From contig JAJZOF010000020.1 in assembly GCA_021811535.1 (NCBI GenBank), forward strand, positions 106,894 through 170,893: a DNA stretch of 64,000 nucleotides. Direction: 5' to 3'. Shown here piece after piece: positions 51,428-61,215 of this stretch. Every line of letters begins with the position of its first letter. The stretch's first letter is position 1. The notes beneath the pieces were generated by a model, which saw nothing but the letters and a program-made list of their open reading frames with translations, was not told the DNA's origin and ran no database searches. This DNA is from Candidatus Micrarchaeota archaeon (GTDB taxonomy: Archaea; Micrarchaeota; Micrarchaeia; Micrarchaeales; CABMGC01). A program made the translations under genes and the position numbers.

Positions 51428-52231
51428 TCATGCCGTGCTTCCTAAAAAATGGTTAATCGAGTCTATGTCTTTTTTGCCGAGAGATTTCGAGGCTGCGGCT
51501 GCGTTCTCTTCCATATGCTTAATATCCGCAGCTTTTGGTATAGCTATTACGTTGTCGTGCCTTATTGTCCATGCAAGGGCCACCTGAAACGGGTTCATGC
51601 CCAGCCTTGAGCCTATCTCAGCTAGGCGATCCATAAGCTCCTTGTTCTTTGCTATTGCCCCGCGCGCCAGAGGGCTGTAAGCAATTATGGATATGCCTTC
51701 CTTACGGCAATATTCAAGCATGCCTTCCTCAGCTGACCTGACGAGCATGCTATATTCTATCTGGTTTGAGACTATGACGTTGTCTTTTAGCGCCGCCTGT
51801 GCCTCTTTGAGCTCTGCTATGGAGAAGTTGCTTACACCTATGTAGCGTATCTTGCCGTCCTTTACTAACTGCTCCATCGCGGACATCGTCTCACTTATCT
51901 TTATACGCGGGTTTGGCCAGTGGAGCTGATAAAGGTCTATGCATTTAACTCCCAATTTCTCCAGGCTTGTATCGCATGACTTTATAACCTTCTCCCTGCT
52001 GAAGTGATCCGGGGAGACTTTTGTTGCGATGAATGCAGAGCTGTCTCTTGCCGCTGCGCCTACAAGCGGCTCGGTATTGTACATCTCTGCAGTATCTATA
52101 AAGTTAATCCCAAGAGAAAGCCCTCTCCTAATTGCCTTGGTCTCCATTTCAGGGTCTATCCCGAGTTTCCACGTTCCGATTCCTATGGAGGAGAGTTTCT
52201 CATTTGTTTTACCAAGATACCTGTATAGCAT
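51428..52231 (-). CDS. Aldo/keto reductase
   Basis: Motifs IGIGTW, FIDTAEMY, LYQLHWP and IGVSNF. Confidence 0.85.
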   Translation of the reverse strand: MLYRYLGKTNEKLSSIGIGTWKLGIDPEMETKAIRRGLSLGINFIDTAEMYNTEPLVGAAARDSSAFIATKVSPDHFSREKVIKSCDTSLEKLGVKCIDLYQLHWPNPRIKISETMSAMEQLVKDGKIRYIGVSNFSIAELKEAQAALKDNVIVSNQIEYSMLVRSAEEGMLEYCRKEGISIIAYSPLARGAIAKNKELMDRLAEIGSRLGMNPFQVALAWTIRHDNVIAIPKAADIKHMEENAAAASKSLGKKDIDSINHFLGSTA

Positions 52232-52296
52232 TTTACCGATTTTTAAATTGATGGCAATAATTTTAATGATTTGCGTTAATATTTTAGGGTACGTGC

Positions 52297-53334
52297 ATGC
52301 CGCATAGAAAGAATGATAATGATATAACCTCCTTAAGCAGGATTAGCAGGCAGTCCGATTATATAAAGAGGCTCAGCAGAGCAAGGGGGATAATCAATCT
52401 CGTCATGCTCTTCAGCGTCATCGTCTTTGGGCTTATACTTGTTTTTGCGATATTAAACGATGGCATTTCGAACATGGTTAAGGCTTTTGAATCGGTAAAC
52501 CTCTTTTACTATGGGGTAGCTTTCTTTGTCCTTTTTTCAGGTTATCTGATCAGATTCCCAAAATGGGAGTTGTACATCAGGAGGCTCAGGATAAGGATAA
52601 ACAGAAGAAAGAATTTCGTGATATACCTCTCCATGTACTCCATGGATATAACACCTGGCAGATGGGGCAGGGCAGTTGTTTCTTATACGATAAACAGGCT
52701 AAAGAGGGTGAGGTTCTCCAGGACATTCCCAGCGGTAGTAGCAGACATATTTACAGATTTTCTTGGGTTCCTGATAGTATGCCTTGTCGCAGCTTTCTTC
52801 ATCAACAAATACGTCCTGGTCTCGCTTGTCATAGGATTCCTGCTCCTGCTTCCCTTCGTGTTTATGTATACAAAGGGGCCATTTGAGTACTTTAAGAGGA
52901 AGCTCAGCCGCATTGAGAGGATGAGGAGCTTCTTTGAGGTGGGAGAGCTTTATTTCCATGACAAGAAGCGGCTGGGAAAGGACGTTTATTTGTATTCGCT
53001 CATCTTTACCATTCCTGCGGTGCTGCTCAACAGTGCTGCCCTTTACCTGGTCATATACAGCTTCGGGATACATATAGGGGTTGCGCTCTTCCCGACTGTG
53101 GTTTTCATATATACCTCTTCCCTGCTTCTGGGGATGATAACTGGAATACCTGCTACATTGGGAGTGACGGATGCCGCTTTGGTCGGTTACCTGACCCTTT
53201 TTCTAGCACCCTTAGGAATAACGTTTGCGCTTGCATCAGCAATAACCATACTCTTCAGGATAATCAGCGTCTGGTTCGTTGAAGGTTTCGGGATAGTGGC
53301 GCTTGCGCAGTCGAAGAAGTACTGGAGGCTATAG
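52297..53334 (+). CDS. Polytopic membrane protein, UPF0104 / LPG-synthase-TM (flippase-like) type
   Basis: 345 aa with about 8 hydrophobic segments. The family call is from general architecture only. Confidence 0.45.
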   Translation: MPHRKNDNDITSLSRISRQSDYIKRLSRARGIINLVMLFSVIVFGLILVFAILNDGISNMVKAFESVNLFYYGVAFFVLFSGYLIRFPKWELYIRRLRIRINRRKNFVIYLSMYSMDITPGRWGRAVVSYTINRLKRVRFSRTFPAVVADIFTDFLGFLIVCLVAAFFINKYVLVSLVIGFLLLLPFVFMYTKGPFEYFKRKLSRIERMRSFFEVGELYFHDKKRLGKDVYLYSLIFTIPAVLLNSAALYLVIYSFGIHIGVALFPTVVFIYTSSLLLGMITGIPATLGVTDAALVGYLTLFLAPLGITFALASAITILFRIISVWFVEGFGIVALAQSKKYWRL

Positions 53335-53979
53335 CATTCTCAGGAGCCCTTTAAGATCTCCTACCACAAACGACGCGTTTTTATCACTCTTTGCCTCACT
53401 TGATATTAGTACAGTAAGCATACCCATCTGTCTCGGCACCTCGAGAGCTTTGGGCGAATCATCCACGTATAAGGTATTTTCAGGGTTGTATCCGGTAATC
53501 TTGATGGCCTGGGCGTATGCAGATGGGGAAGGTTTTGTATCGCATGAGAGGGATGTAGAGCCTATTATATTTTCGAACTGTTCTCCAAGCCCCTGGCTTT
53601 TTAGAATAATCTTTATGAAAAAATCCGGGGAGTTGGATAGTATCGATTTGTCCATCCTTAACCCGGATAGGAGGCTGGTAAGCTCCGGGTCTGCATTTGA
53701 GGATGCTATTCGTTTAAGTTCGTTGAGCCTGTGCGTGTATGCCAGTCTCCCGAACTCCTCATAACTTATCCTCCCGTCTTTAGCCACTGCGCACTGTATA
53801 ACATCTGTGCCGTGCTTTCTCCTCAGGTCTTTTATTAGGTCCTGCACCTCTGAAGGAGAGCCCAGGCTGTACCTCTCGCTTAGTAGATTTACTACGTTTG
53901 CCCTTACTATGGCATCAAAATCCTTGGTGTGCCTGAATACGGTATCATCAAAATCCGCAAGTAGGTGTTTTAATTTCAT
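53329..53979 (-). CDS. HAD-superfamily hydrolase (nucleotidase/phosphatase-like)
   Basis: Motif I is LLADFDDTVF and the distal motif is VDDSPKAL. Confidence 0.75.
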   Translation of the reverse strand: MKLKHLLADFDDTVFRHTKDFDAIVRANVVNLLSERYSLGSPSEVQDLIKDLRRKHGTDVIQCAVAKDGRISYEEFGRLAYTHRLNELKRIASSNADPELTSLLSGLRMDKSILSNSPDFFIKIILKSQGLGEQFENIIGSTSLSCDTKPSPSAYAQAIKITGYNPENTLYVDDSPKALEVPRQMGMLTVLISSEAKSDKNASFVVGDLKGLLRML

Positions 53980-54040
53980 AATTATGCAATAATATATCTG
54001 TCTCTTTTGCTATTTAAGGTTTTACGTGCAAATTATTTTC

Positions 54041-54394
54041 ATGGAGCTTAAGCAGGTAATAGTGATAAGGTCTGACATAGAGATGGGAAAGGGCAAGATG
54101 GCTGCACAGGCGGCGCATGCGGCACTTATGAGCTATCTCGAATCGCAGAAAATAGACAAGAAGATTAGCGACAAATGGATAGAGACGGGAGAGAAGAAGA
54201 TAGTGCTCAAGGGTGAAAATCTAGAGATGCTGAAGAAGTTGTACGAGGCTTTCAAGTATAAGGGGGTTCCGTGTGCACTCGTCAGCGACGCAGGGCTTAC
54301 TGAGCTTCCACCTGGCACGATAACTGCCCTTGGGATAGGCCCGTGGAGCAGTGAAGAGATAGATAAATTCACGAAGACGCTGAAGCTGCTCTGA
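54041..54394 (+). CDS. pth2: Peptidyl-tRNA hydrolase, archaeal type (Pth2)
   Basis: Motifs KQVIVIRSDIEMGKGKMAAQAAHAA and DAGLTELPPGTITALGIGP. Confidence 0.85.
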   Translation: MELKQVIVIRSDIEMGKGKMAAQAAHAALMSYLESQKIDKKISDKWIETGEKKIVLKGENLEMLKKLYEAFKYKGVPCALVSDAGLTELPPGTITALGIGPWSSEEIDKFTKTLKLL

Positions 54395-54398
54395 TCAA

Positions 54399-55307
54399 TT
54401 ATATGTAAGTGAGCCAGTCCTCAAATCCTTCGTTTAGCATGCCTGTCGTGGCGGCGGAGTAGTCTTCGGCTATCGTCTTTGTTATAGGGCCTGCAGATCC
54501 CTTTCCTATCTTCCTGAAGTCGATGGACGTTATAGGGGTAATCTCTGCAGCTGTGCCTGAAAAGAATGCCTCTGAGCACGTATAAAGCTCTTCCCTGTTT
54601 ACATCCCTTTCTTCAACCTCCAGTCCTACTGCCTCTGCGAGTTTTATGACAGAGTCGCGCGTTATGCCTATGAGTATATCAGAGGATTTTGATGGAGTTA
54701 TAACGACGTTATTCTCTACGAGGAAGATGTTCTCTCCTGGACCTTCGGCGACGTGGCCAGCAGTGTTTAGCATTATTGCTTCATCCGCGCCGGCAGCCGC
54801 AGCCTCGCTTGACGCAAGTATCGAATTTATATAATTCCCGCTCGCCTTTGCCATGGGGGGAAGTATGGAGGAGCTGATGCGCCTCCATGAAGATACTATG
54901 CACGATATGCCTGAAGACTTGTTTTTGAAGTAAGATCCGAGGTTTACGGCTGCTATTGCTATGCTGATTTTTTTGTCTTTGACAGAGAGCCCTATCCTTT
55001 GGTCATTGTAGAATGCGAATGGGCGTATGTAGCAGGAGCCCATCTTGTTTTTCCTTACGAGACTGATTATTGCATTGGTGATGTCTTCTTTTGTATACTG
55101 CAGGTCCATTGAGTATATCGCGGCGCTGGAGAAGAATCTCTTCACGTGATCCTCAAGCCTGAATATTGCCGTGCCTTCCTTTGCCTTGTATGCGCGTATT
55201 CCTTCGAAGATTCCGCTGCCGTACTGCAGCGAGTGGGTAAGTATAGGTACAGTGGCTTTTGAGCTCTCAACAAACTTCCCGTCAAGCCAGAAATATTCTT
55301 TTGCCAT
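54399..55307 (-). CDS. ilvE: Branched-chain amino acid aminotransferase
   Basis: Motifs YGSGIFEGIRAY and FFSGTAAEITPI, with a K-containing class IV fold pattern. Confidence 0.85.
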   Translation of the reverse strand: MAKEYFWLDGKFVESSKATVPILTHSLQYGSGIFEGIRAYKAKEGTAIFRLEDHVKRFFSSAAIYSMDLQYTKEDITNAIISLVRKNKMGSCYIRPFAFYNDQRIGLSVKDKKISIAIAAVNLGSYFKNKSSGISCIVSSWRRISSSILPPMAKASGNYINSILASSEAAAAGADEAIMLNTAGHVAEGPGENIFLVENNVVITPSKSSDILIGITRDSVIKLAEAVGLEVEERDVNREELYTCSEAFFSGTAAEITPITSIDFRKIGKGSAGPITKTIAEDYSAATTGMLNEGFEDWLTYI

Positions 55308-55352
55308 GCTTTAATATAATTGGTTATTAATTTAAATGTTCTATTATTATGG

Positions 55353-56489
55353 ATGCCTAAAAACGAAGCTTTCGTAAAAAAATTGTTCTCCGAATTCTAC
55401 TCGCGCAGGAAGGTGCATCTGGAGAGGGTGGAGAGCAGAGAGTTCGGTGTGGGAAATTTTGAGCAGAAGGTAGCTTACAGGCATATGGCATTCAAGGATG
55501 AGGAGGCACTTAGCGCATATCTCTCAATGGAGGCGCCGCCGTATATATCCTGCTCCTCAGCCTATTACAAGTTCCCTGGTGCAAGGCCCATGGAGAAGAA
55601 GGAGATTATAGGCGGAGAGCTTGTCTTCGACCTTGATGCGACAGATATGGATCTGCAGTGTCAGAAGGAGCATGGCAAGGGGTGGGTATGCAGCGAGTGC
55701 CTCTCTTCGGTTAAGAGGGAGGCAATAAAGCTTATAGAGGATTTCCTTATCCCTGATTTTGGTTTCGGAGAAAAGGATATCTCGATTAACTTCAGCGGGA
55801 ACAGGGGCTATCACGTTCGCATAGCAGATGAAATTGTATCTTCCCTTACCTCCAAGCAGAGGATAGAGATATCAAATTATATATCTGGAGACGGCCTCTC
55901 TGTAGAGGGCTTTTTTGTCCATGCCAGAGGCAGGCCGCTGATGGGGCCTAAGGAAGGAGATTACGGGTGGGGTGGAAAGCTCGCCAGGAGATTTGTTGCG
56001 ACACTGGAGCAGGGTGTGGATGCATTGGTATCGATGGGGATTGAGAGGAAGACGGCTTCTATACTTTATAGGAAAAAGGTGCTTGTTGAGATGGGAATAA
56101 ACACCGGCAATTGGGATATGGTCTATATAAAAAACAAGGTTGAATTCTGGAACGGGATACTGGCTGCACAGGCAATAAGGCAGAGCGACAGGATAGATAA
56201 GAACGTTACAAACGACCCGTCTCACCTGATAAGGCTCCCTGATACGCTGCATGGTGAAACTGGGCTTGTGGCGAAGAGGATAAAGTCATTGCACGACCTC
56301 AGCAGCTTCGATCCGATGACCAAGGCACTGGCATTCAGTGCGAAGCCCATACGTGTAAATGCAAATGTGCCGCATGAGCTTTCTATAGGAGGCAGCACAT
56401 ATGGACCCTACAGCGACAAGCTTGTCGAGCTTCCGCTCTACGCGGCAGTTTATCTGATGCTCAAGGGGATGGCAGAGCTCCCAGAATGA
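55353..56489 (+). CDS. priS: DNA primase small (catalytic) subunit PriS
   Basis: FDLDATD catalytic acidic motif, Zn knuckle CQKEH...CSEC and SGNRGYHV. Confidence 0.8.
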   Translation: MPKNEAFVKKLFSEFYSRRKVHLERVESREFGVGNFEQKVAYRHMAFKDEEALSAYLSMEAPPYISCSSAYYKFPGARPMEKKEIIGGELVFDLDATDMDLQCQKEHGKGWVCSECLSSVKREAIKLIEDFLIPDFGFGEKDISINFSGNRGYHVRIADEIVSSLTSKQRIEISNYISGDGLSVEGFFVHARGRPLMGPKEGDYGWGGKLARRFVATLEQGVDALVSMGIERKTASILYRKKVLVEMGINTGNWDMVYIKNKVEFWNGILAAQAIRQSDRIDKNVTNDPSHLIRLPDTLHGETGLVAKRIKSLHDLSSFDPMTKALAFSAKPIRVNANVPHELSIGGSTYGPYSDKLVELPLYAAVYLMLKGMAELPE

Positions 56490-56620
56490 ATATTTGATGG
56501 GCAGCCTGTGCTGCTGGGATAGATCCGATCAGACTACCAAATTTTTGGGCTTTACCAAAAGTTTAAATAATAAGGCATGCAAATAGATTTCTGCTGTTTT
56601 ATATTTATTATACGCTGCAA

Positions 56621-57133
56621 GTGGTTATTGTGAATGGATATAAACATATAAAGAATACTTTTAAGGCAGAATTCAAGAACCAGGATATCGTCGCGAAGAG
56701 CAGGATAGCAGGATGGAAGGATATGCCTGTCGTCGCGAAGCTGGAGAAGCCTACAAATATAGCTAGGGCGAGGGAGCTGGGATACAAGGCTAAACAGGGC
56801 GTCTTTGTAGCCAGAATACGGGTGGAGCGCGGACTAAGCAAGAGGCAGAAGGTCAAGGGCGGAAGGAAACCGTCGAAGAGCGGCAGGTTCTTTGCATATT
56901 CAAACTCTCTTAAATCAATTGCCGAAGGTAGGGCCGCCAGGAGATTCAACAACTGCGAGGTGCTGAATTCTTACTATATAGGCGAGGATGCGAAATACAA
57001 GTTCTTTGAGGCGATAATGCTTGACAGGTCGCACCCTTCAATATTGAATGACAAGGTATACAGCGAGGTAGTATCTAGGAAGGGAAGAGCATTCAGGGGA
57101 CTTACCAAGGCCGGGAGAAAGCACAGGAATTGA
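56621..57133 (+). CDS. rpl15e: 50S ribosomal protein L15e
   Basis: Motifs ARELGYKAKQGVFVARIRV and GGRKPSKSG. Start is GTG 56621 or GTG 56630. Confidence 0.85.
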   Translation: MVIVNGYKHIKNTFKAEFKNQDIVAKSRIAGWKDMPVVAKLEKPTNIARARELGYKAKQGVFVARIRVERGLSKRQKVKGGRKPSKSGRFFAYSNSLKSIAEGRAARRFNNCEVLNSYYIGEDAKYKFFEAIMLDRSHPSILNDKVYSEVVSRKGRAFRGLTKAGRKHRN

Positions 57134-57134
57134 G

Positions 57135-57401
57135 ATGCAGAGACGAATTAAGGCTGCGCTGAAGATCTCAGTTGGAAACGATGCCGATTATTATAAGGAC
57201 ATTCTTGACGGAATAAATTCGAAGGCTGTTTCTGTCAAGGTCTCTTCTTCTAGAGAGGAGATTTTTGTAGAGTTTGAGGCAGGTTCGGTAAGAGCCGTTG
57301 CTTCCGCACTGGAGAGTTTCTCGAGGAGGCTCTCTCTCGCGGGAAGGGTACGGGATCTGGCGCAGGATGTTAGGAAGCCAAAAATTCCGCTGAAGAGATA
57401 A
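57135..57401 (+). CDS. Possible KEOPS subunit Pcc1-like small protein
   Basis: 88 aa. The patterns KAALKISVGNDADYYKDIL and FEAGSVRAVASALESFSRRL recall Pcc1 (A.D..ALR...NS.LR). Confidence 0.4.
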   Translation: MQRRIKAALKISVGNDADYYKDILDGINSKAVSVKVSSSREEIFVEFEAGSVRAVASALESFSRRLSLAGRVRDLAQDVRKPKIPLKR

Positions 57402-57459
57402 TATTATAAACGTTTAATATAAAAGGTAGTCTTGTTTAACTCCTTGTTAAGTGAAAGGA

Positions 57460-58416
57460 ATGAGGAAAGGATCCTTAGAATTTTGGCCGCATAGACGCGC
57501 GAAGAAGCAGATGCCTAGGTTCAGGAGGTATGCTGCAGTTAATGAGGAGACCGAACTGGGAGGATTTGTCGCTTTCAAGGTGGGAATGACGCACGTCTCC
57601 ATGATAGACGACAGCGAATCCCCATCCAAAGGGAGCGAGGTCTCAAGGGCGGTAACAATACTCGAGATGCCTAAGCTTACCGCATACGGAATTAGGCTCT
57701 ACAAGAAGGGTTATCTTTACAGGCAGGCTTACACGGAATATTTCGATCTTGAGACTGCAAAGAAGTTTGGTATAGAGAGCAAGAATGACGTTAAGGCCAT
57801 TAAAAATGATTCTGCATTCGAGGATGTGATGCTGCTTGTATTTTCAGACAGTTCCAATCTTGGCTTCGGCAACAAGAGGAAGATGCGCTTCGAGATACCG
57901 GTAGGTGGAAAGGATAAGGACCAGAAGCTGAGCCATGCCCTTAGCATTATGGGCAAGGAACTGAAAGCATCAGATATCATCAAGGCTGGAGAATATATTG
58001 ATGTTAAGAGCATAACAAAGGGCAAGGGATGGGCAGGAGTCATCAAGAGATATGGAGTATCGACGCAGGTGAGAAAGGCTACCGGAAAGGTAAGGCATGT
58101 CGGTACGCTTGGGCCATGGCATCCTCCAAAGGTAATGTTCTCGGTTCCACACTCCGGGCATATGGGATATAACTTCAGAACTGAGCTGAACAAGAGGATC
58201 CTTATGGTTGGTAAGGCTTCTGATGCGGCACGTGTAAATGTTTCGGGAGGATTCCCAAACTACGGGCTGGTAAGCAATGATTTCCTTGTTGTTGACGGTT
58301 CTATACCAGGGCCTGCCAAGAGATTGGTAAGGGTAAGAAAGGCCATAAGGAGCAGCGGCAAGATCGCGGAGCCGCAGATATCGTATATATCGGTTGCCGC
58401 AAAGAATGGTGCTTGA
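57460..58416 (+). CDS. rpl3: 50S ribosomal protein L3 (uL3)
   Basis: RKGSLEFWPHRRA...AFKVGMTHV...KGKGWAGVIKRYG. An alternative GTG is at 57451. Confidence 0.9.
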   Translation: MRKGSLEFWPHRRAKKQMPRFRRYAAVNEETELGGFVAFKVGMTHVSMIDDSESPSKGSEVSRAVTILEMPKLTAYGIRLYKKGYLYRQAYTEYFDLETAKKFGIESKNDVKAIKNDSAFEDVMLLVFSDSSNLGFGNKRKMRFEIPVGGKDKDQKLSHALSIMGKELKASDIIKAGEYIDVKSITKGKGWAGVIKRYGVSTQVRKATGKVRHVGTLGPWHPPKVMFSVPHSGHMGYNFRTELNKRILMVGKASDAARVNVSGGFPNYGLVSNDFLVVDGSIPGPAKRLVRVRKAIRSSGKIAEPQISYISVAAKNGA

Positions 58417-59224
58417 TTTGAAAGTCTATGGTTCAGATGGTAAAGTTGCCGGGGAAGTCACATTGCCTAGCGTTTTCCACGGAAGATTCAGGAAGGATAT
58501 AGTTGAGAGAGCATTGCTCTCGGAGATGAGCAGAAAGTATCAGCCACAGGGGCACAGTCTGCTTGCCGGTTTGCAGACAACAGCAGTATACGTGGGCAGA
58601 TATGATGCAGGATACAGGGTGGGTAGGCATATGGGAATCGCAATAAGGCCGAGGCAGAAGCTTGGCGGAGGAGCACAGGGAGATGTCCGAAGAATTCCAT
58701 CCAGCGTAAAGGGAAGGAGAGCGCATCCGCATAAGATAGAGAAGACCCTCAGAGAACATATTAATGTAAAGGAGTATGTAGCCGCGCTGAGATCCGCTGT
58801 GGCGGCGAGTGCTGACGCAGAGCTTGTAAGAACCAGACATTCGGTAAAGGTGAATGAACTGCCATTGATAATAGACGAGAAGGCAGAAGCGCTGCAGAAG
58901 ACAAAGGATGTAAGCAAGATGCTTGTATCGCTTGGGATAGCTGATGACCTTGAGCGTTCAAAGAAGCCAGAATTGAGAAGGGGGCTTAGGAGGCTCTCAA
59001 ACAGGAGGAAGTTCAGGAAGAGCGTGCTTATAGTGGCAAGCAAGGGCAGCAGTATCATTGCTTCTGCGGCAAATATAGCAGGCGTGGATTCTTGTTCGGT
59101 TGATGATATCTCGATAGAGAGGCTCGCTCCCGGGGCAGAGCCCAGGCTTGTTATATGGAGCTCGAAGGCAGTAGAGGGGCTTGAGAGCGCGATAGAAGCC
59201 AAGGGAGAGAAGAAGGTGTTATGA
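58406..59224 (+). CDS. rpl4: 50S ribosomal protein L4 (uL4)
   Basis: Its position after L3, plus PQGHSLLAGLQTTA...GGGAQGDVRRIPSSVKGRRAHP. Confidence 0.9.
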   Translation: MVLDLKVYGSDGKVAGEVTLPSVFHGRFRKDIVERALLSEMSRKYQPQGHSLLAGLQTTAVYVGRYDAGYRVGRHMGIAIRPRQKLGGGAQGDVRRIPSSVKGRRAHPHKIEKTLREHINVKEYVAALRSAVAASADAELVRTRHSVKVNELPLIIDEKAEALQKTKDVSKMLVSLGIADDLERSKKPELRRGLRRLSNRRKFRKSVLIVASKGSSIIASAANIAGVDSCSVDDISIERLAPGAEPRLVIWSSKAVEGLESAIEAKGEKKVL

Positions 59225-59475
59225 TGGGTGTCTTGTTTTTCCCTGTTGCTACAGAGAAGGCCCTGGGCAAAGTGGATTATGGAAATATAATAACGTATGT
59301 GGTAGATACAAGGGCGACAAAGGCGCAGATACGCAAGGAATTTGAGGAGACTTTCGGTGTTAAGGTGGCAAAGATAAATACAGGGATAAGCATAAAGAAT
59401 TCAAAGAAGGCTTATATAACATTAAGAAAGGAATATAGGGCAGAGGAGCTCGCCAAGAAGCTCAAACTGGTCTGA
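59221..59475 (+). CDS. rpl23: 50S ribosomal protein L23 (uL23)
   Basis: 84 aa with PVATEKAL...FEETFGVKVAKINT. Confidence 0.9.
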   Translation: MMGVLFFPVATEKALGKVDYGNIITYVVDTRATKAQIRKEFEETFGVKVAKINTGISIKNSKKAYITLRKEYRAEELAKKLKLV

Positions 59476-59486
59476 TAGGTGGTTGA

Positions 59487-60206
59487 ATGGGCAAGAGATT
59501 GAAGCAGCAGCGCAGAGGAAAGGGTAGCCTTGCCTACAGGAAACCGCCAAACACATTCAAGGCGGATGTCAGATTCAAGAAGGTCCAGGCACAGGGAAAG
59601 ATATATGGCGAGGTTCTTGAATTCATTGACGATCCGGGGCATACAGGCCCGCTCATGAGGGTAAAGTACGATGACAACAGCGAGGAGATGCTCATAGCAC
59701 CTGAAGGCATAAGGATAGGGGACAGGATTGAGGAAGGCGCTGACGCGTCCGTCTCCCTTGGCAACATACTTCCATTGTCCAAAGTGCCGGAAGGTATGCC
59801 GGTTTACAATATAGAGAGCCTCCCTGGAGATGGGGGGAAGTTTGTGCGTGCATGCGGCGCTTATGCAACCATAATAGGCCGTGTTGGTGATAAGGTAAAC
59901 GTACTGCTACCTTCAAAGAAGACCATAGAACTTAACATAAACTGCAGGGCCGAGATAGGAGCCGTAGCAGGAGGAGGAGTAACTTCACAGCCGATAATGA
60001 AGGCGGGTAAGAGCCATTATATAATGCATGCGATAAACGCAAAGTGGCCTGTCAATAGGGGCGTCAAGTCCAATCCTGTCGACCATCCGTTTGGAGGGAA
60101 GCAGCATCACAAGGGAGCATCCAGCATGGTCTCCAGAAACGCGCCTCCTGGTGCAAAGGTAGGACATATAGCCGCAAGGCGCGTGGGAAGGCGCAAGAGA
60201 GGTTGA
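59487..60206 (+). CDS. rpl2: 50S ribosomal protein L2 (uL2)
   Basis: Motifs GKRLKQQRRGKGS and NPVDHPFGGKQHH. Confidence 0.95.
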   Translation: MGKRLKQQRRGKGSLAYRKPPNTFKADVRFKKVQAQGKIYGEVLEFIDDPGHTGPLMRVKYDDNSEEMLIAPEGIRIGDRIEEGADASVSLGNILPLSKVPEGMPVYNIESLPGDGGKFVRACGAYATIIGRVGDKVNVLLPSKKTIELNINCRAEIGAVAGGGVTSQPIMKAGKSHYIMHAINAKWPVNRGVKSNPVDHPFGGKQHHKGASSMVSRNAPPGAKVGHIAARRVGRRKRG

Positions 60207-60211
60207 GTTAG

Positions 60212-60604
60212 ATGGCAAGAATATTCTTATACAAGGGAAGGAGCATCGAGGATCTGCAGAAGCTCAGCATTGCTGAGTTTTCCAAGCTGGTGAAGGCCAG
60301 GCCGCGAAGGGCGATAAAGAGGATGGCACCTGATTACAAGGACCTTATAAAGAAGGCTGAGAAGATAAAGGCGTCTGGCGCTGCAAAGCCGGTAAGGACG
60401 CATACACGCGAAGCGGTGATAATACCGCAGTGGGTCGGGATGCGATTTGCGGTCTTCAACGGCAAGGAGTATAAGGAATTCGATGTGGTTCCTGAGATGC
60501 TTGGGCATAGGCTTGGGGAGTATTCTTTTACCACCAAGGCCGTGGTGCATTCTGCGCCTGGAATAAGGGCTACGAGAGGAAGCAAGTTCCTGGCTGTGAA
60601 GTGA
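60212..60604 (+). CDS. rps19: 30S ribosomal protein S19 (uS19)
   Basis: Motifs RTHTREAVIIPQWVG and FNGKEY...PEMLGHRLGEY. Confidence 0.9.
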   Translation: MARIFLYKGRSIEDLQKLSIAEFSKLVKARPRRAIKRMAPDYKDLIKKAEKIKASGAAKPVRTHTREAVIIPQWVGMRFAVFNGKEYKEFDVVPEMLGHRLGEYSFTTKAVVHSAPGIRATRGSKFLAVK

Positions 60605-60608
60605 TTTT

Positions 60609-61211
60609 GTGGCATATTCGATTACGCATAAGATTGATGGAGTAGTTCTTGCGATGAAGCAGGAGATAAACGCCAGTTACAAGGATCTCGGCGCTGTCTG
60701 CGACGCTATAAGGTACAAGAATGTCAATGACGCAGTCGAGTACCTTGAACAGGCAAGGGAGATGCATATTGCAGTGCCTTACAAGAGACATAACAGGCAT
60801 ATGGGATTCAGGCATGAGCTGCACGGAAAGAAGGGAAAGTATCCGCAGAAGGCCGCACGCGAGGTTGCGATAGTGCTGCAGAACGCGATAGCAAACGCAC
60901 GCAACAAAGGATTTGACGAGAGCTCGATGGTTGTGCTGCATGCGGCTGCAAACAAGACACATATAGAAAGGAGATATCCATCCAAGGGCAGCATCTCATG
61001 GGGCAGGGGAATGTACGGAAGGGGCTCTACCATGCACAGCGATCTGGAATATGCGAAAGTAGAGATAGGGATTGCTGAGAAGGATAAGGTTATGCAGCTT
61101 AAGAGCAGAGATTCGAAAAAGGCTATATCAAGGAGACTTAGGGAAAGGGAACCGAAGGTGCCGGAGGCGAAGGGTGCTTCAAAGGAGAAGCTAAAGGAGA
61201 GTAAAAAGTGA
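60609..61211 (+). CDS. rpl22: 50S ribosomal protein L22 (uL22) with a K/E-rich C-terminal extension
   Basis: ASYKDLGAVCDAIRYKNVNDAVEYLE. About 45 extra C-terminal residues. Confidence 0.85.
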   Translation: MAYSITHKIDGVVLAMKQEINASYKDLGAVCDAIRYKNVNDAVEYLEQAREMHIAVPYKRHNRHMGFRHELHGKKGKYPQKAAREVAIVLQNAIANARNKGFDESSMVVLHAAANKTHIERRYPSKGSISWGRGMYGRGSTMHSDLEYAKVEIGIAEKDKVMQLKSRDSKKAISRRLREREPKVPEAKGASKEKLKESKK

Positions 61212-61215
61212 TTTT

